A model generated the notes under the pieces. It ran no database searches. It was not told the DNA's origin and was given only the letters and a program-made list of their open reading frames with translations. The translations under genes were made by a program, and so were the position numbers. Of a stretch of DNA of 64,000 nucleotides, positions 1-9,485 are shown in pieces. The stretch spans positions 62,001-126,000 of the forward strand of contig NIVC01001388.1 in NCBI GenBank assembly GCA_002269645.1, in the 5' to 3' direction. Every line of letters begins with the position of its first letter. Position 1 is the stretch's first letter. Source of the DNA: Macrostomum lignano (Eukaryota).

Positions 1-3000
1 TCTCATGTCAACTTAAGGCTCTGGAATGGAGCCCGAAGTTCAGCTCCGGACCAAACCGACTGCAATCGATAACTTGTCGGCCCAGACGACTAGAATCGCC
101 GAGACATCCCATCCGGCTCCCTTCCTTGGGGTCCCAGGGGATAAAGGGGATAAAATGGGGATCTCATGTCAACTTAAGGCTCTGGAATGGAGCCCGAAGT
201 TCAGCTCCGGACCAAACCGACTGCAATCGATAACTTGTCGGCCCAGACGACTAGAATCGCCGAGACATCCCATCCGGCTCCCTTCCTTGGGGTCCCAGGG
301 GATAAAGGGGATAAAATGGGGATCTCATGTCAACTTAAGGCTCTGGAATGGAGCCCGAAGTTCAGCTCCGGACCAAACCGATGCAATCGATAACTTGTCG
401 GCCCAGACGACTAGAATCGCCGAGACATCCCATCCGGCTCCCTTCCTTGGGGTCCCAGGGGATAAAGGGGATAAAATGGGGATCTCATGTCAACTTAAGG
501 CTCTGGAATGGAGCCCGAAGTTCAGCTCCGGACCAAACCGACTGCAATCGATAACTTGTCGGCCCAGACGACTAGAATCGCCGAGACATCCCATCCGGCT
601 CCCTTCCTTGGGGTCCCAGGGGATAAAGGGGATAAAATGGGGATCTCATGTCAACTTAAGGCTCTGGAATGGAGCCCGAAGTTCAGCTCCGGACCAAACC
701 GACTGCAATCGATAACTTGTCGGCCCAGACGACTAGAATCGCCGAGACATCCCATCCGGCTCCCTTCCTTGGGGTCCCAGGGGATAAAGGGGATAAAATG
801 GGGATCTCATGTCAACTTAAGGCTCTGGAATGGAGCCCGAAGTTCAGCTCCGGACCAAACCGACTGCAATCGATAACTTGTCGGCCCAGACGACTAGAAT
901 CGCCGAGACATCCCATCCGGCTCCCTTCCTTGGGGTCCCAGGGGATAAAGGGGATAAAATGGGGATCTCATGTCAACTTAAGGCTCTGGAATGGAGCCCG
1001 AAGTTCAGCTCCGGACCAAACCGACTGCAATCGATAACTTGTCGGCCCAGACGACTAGAATCGCCGAGACATCCCATCCGGCTCCCTTCCTTGGGGTCCC
1101 AGGGGATAAAGGGGATAAAATGGGGATCTCATGTCAACTTAAGGCTCTGGAATGGAGCCCGAAGTTCAGCTCCGGACCAAACCGACTGCAATCGATAACT
1201 TGTCGGCCCAGACGACTAGAATCGCCGAGACATCCCATCCGGCTCCCTTCCTTGGGGTCCCAGGGGATAAAGGGGATAAAATGGGGATCTCATGTCAACT
1301 TAAGGCTCTGGAATGGAGCCCGAAGTTCAGCTCCGGACCAAACCGACTGCAATCGATAACTTGTCGGCCCAGACGACTAGAATCGCCGAGACATCCCATC
1401 CGGCTCCCTTCCTTGGGGTCCCAGGGGATAAAGGGGATAAAATGGGGATCTCATGTCAACTTAAGGCTCTGGAATGGAGCCCGAAGTTCAGCTCCGGACC
1501 AAACCGACTGCAATCGATAACTTGTCGGCCCAGACGACTAGAATCGCCGAGACATCCCATCCGGCTCCCTTCCTTGGGGTCCCAGGGGATAAAGGGGATA
1601 AAATGGGGATCTCATGTCAACTTAAGGCTCTGGAATGGAGCCCGAAGTTCAGCTCCGGACCAAACCGACTGCAATCGATAACTTGTCGGCCCAGACGACT
1701 AGAATCGCCGAGACATCCCATCCGGCTCCCTTCCTTGGGGTCCCAGGGGATAAAGGGGATAAAATGGGGATCTCATGTCAACTTAAGGCTCTGGAATGGA
1801 GCCCGAAGTTCAGCTCCGGACCAAACCGACTGCAATCGATAACTTGTCGGCCCAGACGACTAGAATCGCCGAGACATCCCATCCGGCTCCCTTCCTTGGG
1901 GTCCCAGGGGATAAAGGGGATAAAATGGGGATCTCATGTCAACTTAAGGCTCTGGAATGGAGCCCGAAGTTCAGCTCCGGACCAAACCGACTGCAATCGA
2001 TAACTTGTCGGCCCAGACGACTAGAATCGCCGAGACATCCCATCCGGCTCCCTTCCTTGGGGTCCCAGGGGATAAAGGGGATAAAATGGGGATCTCATGT
2101 CAACTTAAGGCTCTGGAATGGAGCCCGAAGTTCAGCTCCGGACCAAACCGACTGCAATCGATAACTTGTCGGCCCAGACGACTAGAATCGCCGAGACATC
2201 CCATCCGGCTCCCTTCCTTGGGGTCCCAGGGGATAAAGGGGATAAAATGGGGATCTCATGTCAACTTAAGGCTCTGGAATGGAGCCCGAAGTTCAGCTCC
2301 GGACCAAACCGACTGCAATCGATAACTTGTCGGCCCAGACGACTAGAATCGCCGAGACATCCCATCCGGCTCCCTTCCTTGGGGTCCCAGGGGATAAAGG
2401 GGATAAAATGGGGATCTCATGTCAACTTAAGGCTCTGGAATGGAGCCCGAAGTTCAGCTCCGGACCAAACCGACTGCAATCGATAACTTGTCGGCCCAGA
2501 CGACTAGAATCGCCGAGACATCCCATCCGGCTCCCTTCCTTGGGGTCCCAGGGGATAAAGGGGATAAAATGGGGATCTCATGTCAACTTAAGGCTCTGGA
2601 ATGGAGCCCGAAGTTCAGCTCCGGACCAAACCGACTGCAATCGATAAGTTGTCGGCCCAGACGACTAGAATCGCCGAGACATCCCATCCGGCTCCCTTCC
2701 TTGGGGTCCCAGGGGATAAAGGGGATAAAATGGGGATCTCATGTCAACTTAAGGCTCTGGAATGGAGCCCGAAGTTCAGCTCCGGACCAAACCGACTGCA
2801 ATCGATAACTTGTCGGCCCAGACGACTAGAATCGCCGAGACATCCCATCCGGCTCCCTTCCTTGGGGTCCCAGGGGATAAAGGGGATAAAATGGGGATCT
2901 CATGTCAACTTAAGGCTCTGGAATGGAGCCCGAAGTTCAGCTCCGGACCAAACCGACTGCAATCGATAACTTGTCGGCCCAGACGACTAGAATCGCCGAG

Positions 3001-3091
3001 ACATCCCATCCGGTTTCAAGTGACGAAGCTCTATTCTATTCGAATATCGCATTAGCGGGTGTATTTTATTTTAGCTATTATATATTGTTTG
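1..3091 (+). repeat. Left arm: about 18.7 near-identical 161-bp tandem units (1-3012) plus a ~79-bp inner unique segment (3013-3091)
   Basis: Period of 161 read from recurring ORF starts (26, 187, 348, then 508, 669... after a 1-bp deletion near 381). One substitution at 2648. The inner segment is the reverse complement of 6871-6949 with few mismatches. Confidence 0.97.
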
Positions 3092-3327
3092 CATTGTAAT
3101 ATTTCCGTCGTTTAATTTTTCCGGATTTTTGAGAATGTTTTCGCGGTTTTGATTTGACCACTTTAGGCGAGAGATTTTTGATACTGTGCGTCAAGTATTT
3201 GTAGCATTAGTTTAAGTGATATATTTTAAGTGATATATTAATGAAGTTAAGGTTTTGGTCAGTTTTTCTTACTTAGTTTTATGACAGGTGCAGATTTGTT
3301 GCAGATTGCGTTTTATACTTGCTAGTA

Positions 3328-6264
3328 ATGTCCGATTTTACTTGCTCTCAATGTGGTCATCAATTCAGCAAAGCAGCCAATTTGAACCGACATCTCGAAA
3401 CGACTAGATGTGGTCGCTGCTCATCTGAATCGTCTGGAGCCTTCGCGCCTCCGAGAAACGCACGAGAGGCGCTTCAGTTTCTTGCGGTCGGTGGTAAGTA
3501 TGTGAAAGTTTTTTTGAACCCAAACCTTTTTCCACGAACCGCAAATGAGAAGGAGTTCAAACGTATTTGCGGTCTTAGCTATAGTGATTTCGATAGCTTC
3601 TCAGAAATGTTACCAGAAGTATCTCGCCTTCGTATTTTGACAAAGCCATCTCGAATATTTTTGTACCTGAAGAAGCTTCGCCAAGGTTGCAGCTTTCAAT
3701 CATTAGCTTTCGATTTCAACATTTCTGCCCAAAGAGCAAGCGACATTTTTTGGGAGATTGCCAAGGAGCAGTACCTACGGGATCCATATCAACCGAGGTC
3801 GATAGCGTCGACTCCGATTCAGACTCTGCTTGAGGAAAATGTAGTACGCGATCAATTTATTCTCGGTGTATTTCACACACTACTCAAAGGCAAGAAGCTT
3901 GTTCTTCTAGTGGGTGATCATACTTACTTTTATCTCCCTAAGAGCAGCTCACACCACACGCAAATTCGAACTTACTTTTCCGGCAAGAAAATGAATGTGA
4001 ACAAAAAAATGGCGGTTGTCAACAGTAGAGGAAAAATTATCTACACCGCTCCCCTTACCGCCGCTATCTCGCCAACAATGGGCGATGGGAATTTGACTGC
4101 AATGCAAGTTGACATGGAGGCTGAAGGACTAATAGAGCCCACTTTGTTGCGCATTCTGTGCTCTGTACAGAAAGATTATCACGTTATTGGCATTTTCGAC
4201 AAAGGTTACAGCCACCAACTTTGTTCACCAACTTCGGTTAACTTCCGCGACTTTATAGAGACTAATAGTAAAGGCTGCACGACGCTTCTATTTCCGACCA
4301 GTCCAGGTGACCGAGTTCTAAACGAGCAGTTTGAATTTGTAAATAATGAGGCTCCTGTTGGTGACCGATCAATACCAGGAAAGCTTACATCAATCGAAGC
4401 AAATACAAGTCGCTGCGCTACGCTTTTCCGTTATCTCGTAGAATGTAGCTTTGCTGCAATCAAGCAGGACAAATGCATAAATGAGCGACAGGAGCCGTAC
4501 CAATGGCTACATGCCCCAGAGTTTACCGAACGCAGCCGGCTCGATGTTGTTATTGAAAACTCCATGGCAAAATTCAACCGTTCGCATCCAGGATTTCAAG
4601 CTACAAGGAGTCTGCCGCCGTCATGGTCAGATTGCTCCATGTTCGAATACGGACGGAACTTTGCTAAACGTCTTTTCATTGCGAATGAGCTAGACGAAAT
4701 TGAGCAACTTGAGTACAATTGCGATTTGACTCGAATACCAACGAGTTCTACCCGAAAATGGACAGCAGTGGATCCCCTGGACCCTGAAAGTTCAGGGTTC
4801 CCCAGCGTTGACGAAAGAAATCTGGAAGAGCTTAGCATCGGCCCATACCACGTTCTTCAGTCAAAACGCTACATCGAAAACGTCAGAGTTCATGAGGTGC
4901 TCAGTAGCTACGCTGGAGACTCGTGGCGCGATTTCGAATTGTTGATTTCTGAACTGCCAAGCCATTTAAAATGCTGGAAGTTTCATCAGCGAGCGCCACC
5001 AAAGGGGTGGAGCAGTAAGTTTGGAGAATGGAGGCCATCTTGGATATATTTAGCCGTTCTTCATTCCCGTCATCGGTCAAAAACTTACCGAGTTGTCCTT
5101 CGTATTTGCGAAACTGCAAGTGGTAACCGATTCGGATTTCGTGACTCGGGGCTGCTGCGTCTGCATGGCTACTTTTCATCCTCAAAGGCCGGAAGCAGGA
5201 CAGCAGGGTGTGACAGTCATGTTATGGCTGTGGTTAGAATGCTAGGCTGTTATGCATATCACCCCGAAAGCTACAACATGTGCGGCAGCAGCTTCCGATT
5301 TATTGACAGTGCTTTGCCAAAAGCACTGATTGCCAATCTTTACAATGATCAATCTGGTGGTCATCCAGCTCCAAATGCACCTCGCAGAGACAGTGCTGAA
5401 TCGCAGCAAGATGAACAGAGGCACAGTTCAAATGCTACTGGTTCATTGAATTCGCCGAAGAAGTTATTTGGGTTGCCAAATAATGGCCTGCAGTGCTACG
5501 CAAATGCAGCAGTGCAATTGTTTCTCTGCCTGCATTCTAATGGATGCATTTTAAAAGAGACTAGCAACGACCAAGTCCATCGAGAGCTGCTTCGTCTTCT
5601 GACGGAGATGCAACAGCGGTCTGCAACAGTCACTCCACTGTTAACGGCAGTTCGGTTGCAACATCCAGATTCATTTCAAACAAATCAGCACCATTGCGTC
5701 AACGAATTTGTTCAAACGCTTCTAATACATCTGGAATTTCTGTCATCAGATGCTTTCACAGAATTTTCACTCATTCAAACTTGTCGGGATTGCCAGCGCA
5801 CAAGTGCTGAAGTTCCTGTTGGCACAATCGATAACAGAGTGATTTGCATTCCTCTCTGTCAATTTGAGCGCTCAATTGTCAGTTTAGACAAAATCTTCTG
5901 CGCTTTTGTCGCTCCTCAGGTAGTGAAATGTTCGGACGCCAATTGCCTGGGCGATTGTAATCAAGAGATCGTAGTAACACCTGGAAAGTTTACCCTGATA
6001 TATCTTGATCGTGCTAGTATGGATGGCCACCTTAAGCTTCAAACTCCTGTAAGCTTTTCTTCAAGGTCAGGGGGTGTTTCTACACTTGGTAAGCCAGTGG
6101 CCACAATATCACACCATGGAAACCGACTGAAATCGGGACATTTCACAGCAAGCGTACTGAGCTGTGTGTGGACGAGAATTGACGACATGAAAGTTACGTC
6201 AGACTATAACCCGTTCGTACGTGAGCCTGAGTGCATCGTGCTCGTTGCACTTTTAAACTCGTAA
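3328..6264 (+). CDS. Transposase-deubiquitinase fusion (~978 aa): C2HC Zn finger, HTH, DDE_Tnp_4-like nuclease, degenerate SWIM-like motif, linker, USP/peptidase C19 domain
   Basis: First ATG at 3328. Zn finger CSQC-x12-H-x5-C. HTH-like IFLYLKKLRQGCSFQSLAFDFNIS. Catalytic-like D (GDHTY, 3916), D (FDKGY, 4198), E (RYLVECS, 4441). USP Cys box GLPNNGLQCYANAAVQ (Cys 5494), His box HHGNRLKSGHF (His 6139), WTRIDD (Asp 6181). No stops or frameshifts. Confidence 0.9.
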   Translation: MSDFTCSQCGHQFSKAANLNRHLETTRCGRCSSESSGAFAPPRNAREALQFLAVGGKYVKVFLNPNLFPRTANEKEFKRICGLSYSDFDSFSEMLPEVSRLRILTKPSRIFLYLKKLRQGCSFQSLAFDFNISAQRASDIFWEIAKEQYLRDPYQPRSIASTPIQTLLEENVVRDQFILGVFHTLLKGKKLVLLVGDHTYFYLPKSSSHHTQIRTYFSGKKMNVNKKMAVVNSRGKIIYTAPLTAAISPTMGDGNLTAMQVDMEAEGLIEPTLLRILCSVQKDYHVIGIFDKGYSHQLCSPTSVNFRDFIETNSKGCTTLLFPTSPGDRVLNEQFEFVNNEAPVGDRSIPGKLTSIEANTSRCATLFRYLVECSFAAIKQDKCINERQEPYQWLHAPEFTERSRLDVVIENSMAKFNRSHPGFQATRSLPPSWSDCSMFEYGRNFAKRLFIANELDEIEQLEYNCDLTRIPTSSTRKWTAVDPLDPESSGFPSVDERNLEELSIGPYHVLQSKRYIENVRVHEVLSSYAGDSWRDFELLISELPSHLKCWKFHQRAPPKGWSSKFGEWRPSWIYLAVLHSRHRSKTYRVVLRICETASGNRFGFRDSGLLRLHGYFSSSKAGSRTAGCDSHVMAVVRMLGCYAYHPESYNMCGSSFRFIDSALPKALIANLYNDQSGGHPAPNAPRRDSAESQQDEQRHSSNATGSLNSPKKLFGLPNNGLQCYANAAVQLFLCLHSNGCILKETSNDQVHRELLRLLTEMQQRSATVTPLLTAVRLQHPDSFQTNQHHCVNEFVQTLLIHLEFLSSDAFTEFSLIQTCRDCQRTSAEVPVGTIDNRVICIPLCQFERSIVSLDKIFCAFVAPQVVKCSDANCLGDCNQEIVVTPGKFTLIYLDRASMDGHLKLQTPVSFSSRSGGVSTLGKPVATISHHGNRLKSGHFTASVLSCVWTRIDDMKVTSDYNPFVREPECIVLVALLNS

Positions 6265-6870
6265 AAGCATTTTTAGCGAAAATACAATTGTTTTAAGCGA
6301 GTGTACTGTACGTTTTGTATTGCAGATTTTAAAGGACATGCAGATTAAGAAACAATGTCATCTCACGCATTCTTTACGTACCATAGGTTACATGTGAAGA
6401 TAATTCAGACTGACATCAAATAACAAAAGCTTTGAATTAGTTGTTTCAATTTCTTTTAGACTCACAATTAACTAAAAATTGGAAGTATTTTTTACTGAAG
6501 CAAAGAACTTAAACCCAAAAACCGTTTCTTAGGACTGAGAAACTTTTGCAATTATGATTTTACTAAGCTTTGCGTGAGAGGCGTTACTTTATTTGCTTAA
6601 AAACGTGTGCTGCTTTGCATGACATGCTTTGTTTTTATTACTTTGATAACTTGTACAGCTTTGCATGATATGCTTTGTATCCATTACGTCATAACTTGTA
6701 CAGCCTTGCGTGATATTCTTTATTTTACCAATATACATGGTTTCGGTTTATCGTCAAAAGTTCTGCTTACTAATAACCAAACGAATTTACAAGTTAATTT
6801 TTTCAAACTGAGTTTCCAGATCAGCATTTTTAACAGGTTTCGATACGAGCAAATCATTTTTATTACTTAA

Positions 6871-7546
6871 CAATCAATGTATAATAGCTGAAATAAAATA
6901 CACCCGCTAATGCGATATTCGAATTGAATAGAGCTTCGTCACTTGAAACCGGATGGGATGTCTCGGCGATTCTAGTCGTCTGGGCCGACAACTTATCGAT
7001 TGCAGTCGGTTTGGGCCGGAGCTGAACTTCGGGCTCCATTCCAGAGCCTTAAGTTGACATGAGATCCCCATTTTATCCCCTTTATCCCCTGGGACCCCAA
7101 GGAAGGGAGCCGGATGGGATGTCTCGGCGATTCTAGTCGTCTGGGCCGACAAGTTATCGATTGCAGTCGGTTTGGTCCGGAGCTGAACTTCGGGCTCCAT
7201 TCCAGAGCCTTAAGTTGACATGAGATCCCCATTTTATCCCCTTTATCCCCTGGGACCCCAAGGAAGGGAGCCGGATGGGATGTCTCGGCGATTCTAGTCG
7301 TCTGGGCCGACAAGTTATCGATTGCAGTCGGTTTGGTCCGGAGCTGAACTTCGGGCTCCATTCCAGAGCCTTAAGTTGACATGAGATCCCCATTTTATCC
7401 CCTTTATCCCCTGGGACCCCAAGGAAGGGAGCCGGATGGGATGTCTCGGCGATTCTAGTCGTCTGGGCCGACAAGTTATCGATTGCAGTCGGTTTGGTCC
7501 GGAGCTGAACTTCGGGCTCCATTCTGGTGCTTAAGTTGACATCCCC
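6871..7546 (-). repeat. Right arm: inner unique segment plus about 3.7 inverted 161-bp units and a variant terminal unit
   Basis: Reverse complement of the left arm. The outermost unit diverges (attctggtgcttaagttgacatcccc versus attccagagccttaagttgacatgagatcccc). Confidence 0.95.
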
Positions 7547-7990
7547 TTTGCAGTTTTTCGCCCAATACCAAATGTACGAGCCGAAATGGTCGCTCGAGAA
7601 CTGAAACGCCTATTTGGCCTTTTTGGCTGGCCTCGCATTCTTTTGAGTGATCAAGGCAGGGAATTCTGCAACTCCATCATCGAGGCTTTGCTACAGGAGG
7701 GCGGTACGGAAAGACGAGTAACGAGTGCCTACAATCCCCAGACAATGGACAAGCTGAGAGGCTAAACCAAACGTGCCTCAGCTTGCTTCGCAAGGTTTGC
7801 AACTCCCCAACTGACATTAATTGGGATCGGCCATCTGGACGCAATCCAACTTGCTTACAACAGCAGACGCAATCCAACGACCCTGGCTTCGCCTTCCAGT
7901 GCTGTTTTTATGCGTCTACCATTGCGCTGTACCAATGGAGTACATCTGAAGCGATGCAGGACGCAGGCCCAACCTTATACTCGTAGTCGA
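7547..7990 (+). pseudogene. Retroviral-type (rve) integrase fragment, probably a Gypsy remnant, interrupted by the DNA transposon
   Basis: Reading from 7547 gives FAVFRPIPNVRAEMVARELKRLFGLFGWPRILLSDQGREF...TSAYNPQT, then frameshifted AERLNQT and IQLAYNS-like motifs. Confidence 0.85.
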
Positions 7991-8425
7991 AGTGCTTCCC
8001 CAATATTTTGGTGACTTTAACTAATTTATCTTTACTCATGCAAAGTCTTTGACTTATGCTGATATCAATTAGCTATCTTATTTTCTGATCGCGGTTGTTA
8101 GAAGCTGTATTTTCTGTTAGTAAAAAAGAAAAACAACAATTGCGTCTTGGAATTTTGCCAATTTGGTATTAAATTGCTGCTTTGCTTTGAAAATATTAAA
8201 CTGACTAATCGTTCTTTGACCCGGACTTCACAATCCGGATATCGCAAAGCAAACCTTAGTTTTTCGGCCGGATATTTCAACCTGTAATTGTGACTTCCGG
8301 CGGTAGGGGGAGTGACTGCAAGTACCCCGGAGAACGCAAAGCAGCTTAAGATATCCGGACCGGATACTCTAAGACGCTTGGAATATCTGGGGGGAGACTC
8401 GAAAGCACTTGCAATGTACGTGTTG

Positions 8426-8440
8426 CAAGTCTATAAAAAG
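8426..8440 (+). promoter_or_regulatory. TATA box of three-finger gene copy 1
   Basis: CAAGTCTATAAAAAG about 100 bp upstream of the ATG. The same 15-mer precedes copies 2 and 5. Confidence 0.7.
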
Positions 8441-8536
8441 TCGCCCACACTCGATCTTCTCCGCTCCAGAACGCGCTTTCTCCTGCATCTATTAATCGTC
8501 CAGAATCAGTCAACCTTTACCAATTGCAGCACCGAT

Positions 8537-9114
8537 ATGACCAAGTCCAGCTACATCTGTCTGGGACTCCTCATCATGGCCTCCATGATCGGTAAGTGGC
8601 TGAATTATGCAATGCACAGCTTTGCGCTGTTAATCATAGGCTCAGAATTTAAATCGTTATCAGCTAAAACTGTTCACACGCAGGTGTCGGACACGCCATC
8701 AGCTGTCTGGCATACGGCCACGCGGGAATTTCCGGCCTCCGCGGCACCCCCACTGTACTGGAGTGCGGCAGCGCCGTAACCACCTGCTTTAAGATGAACT
8801 TTGTGCAATATTACACCGCTTCGAGCACGACCGTTAAATCCAATAGCAGTGTTACTGTGAGTAGCAAATGCATGAGCTGATTGAGTTCTGTCTCAGAATT
8901 TTGGCCCCATCCAAAGCAGCTGCGAACTCAACCGCACTCGCATTCTCAGGTCTACTCTGGCAGCTGCGGCAACTGCACTGGCTTGCCGTCCTGGTACACC
9001 TGCACCACCTGCAGCACCGACCAGTGCAACTCCGCCTTTGCCGCTGTGCGCGCCGCCGCCCCGCTGACGCTGGCTCTGCCGCTGCTGATGGCCGCTGCCC
9101 TGCGCAGCTTCTGA
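8537..9114 (+). CDS. GPI-anchored three-finger (Ly6/uPAR/quiver-like) protein, copy 1, 130 aa, 3 exons
   Basis: Exons 8537-8591, 8684-8856, 8950-9114 (393 nt) with GT-AG introns of 92 and 93 nt. Protein MTKSSYICLGLLIMASMIGVGHAISCLAYG...LECGSAVTTCFK...GSCGNCTGLPSWYTCTTCSTDQCNSAFAAVRAAAPLTLALPLLMAAALRSF: signal peptide, 8 Cys, terminal CxxCxxDxCN, hydrophobic GPI-type tail. Confidence 0.88.
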
Positions 9115-9485
9115 AAACAGCAAGCAAACTGGAGAGTTGGAGAGAATGAAACACCATGAAATATTCTAAAAAAAATTGATAGCGTTCCCTGATACTCGAG
9201 ATCGACTTCTGTTGAAGGAATCAAATTATCCGAATTTCTATTCTTTGGAAACGTTAAATTAACTTTTCAATTAAGTTTAATTGATTTGAGTTCATAAAAT
9301 TCTAGAAAGAACAATTTTGTTTTTTTCAAGAGAATTTTTCATACTTTTTTTTAAAAAGAAATAAAATAAGACACAGACAGCCTGTCTCATATTTAAATTT
9401 TACTTTCTGAAAAAAACTATGTCTACGTTTCTTTGTTTCTATCACAGAGAGTAATTGTAAATTTTTGCAGAAATATTGTCCGTGG

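Larger units (their letters stand above)
1..7546 (+). mobile_element. DNA transposon of the PIF-Harbinger/ISL2EU/Spy (PHIS) type with foldback-like, tandem-repeat terminal inverted arms; left end lies outside the window
   Basis: One long DDE transposase ORF is flanked by inverted arms: 3091 back to 1 mirrors 6871-7546. Right arm homology ends at ...ttaagttgacatcccc (7546). Confidence 0.88.

Noticed and set aside
1-3012. CRISPR-like or rDNA/snRNA array
   Set aside because: Units are contiguous and identical, with no variable spacers. There are no cas genes, no recognisable 5S or snRNA sequence, and the context is eukaryotic.
26-3055. Series of 122-aa ORFs (MEPEVQLRTK...) and their inverted copies at 6907-7522
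   Set aside because: These are translations of the 161-bp unit through successive frames, with no domain features.
8312-9149. Track ORFs overlapping the three-finger genes (also 28775-29266, 41944-42303, 50227-50940)
   Set aside because: They are read-throughs of introns or wrong frames. The spliced models are supported by conserved GT-AG positions across five copies.
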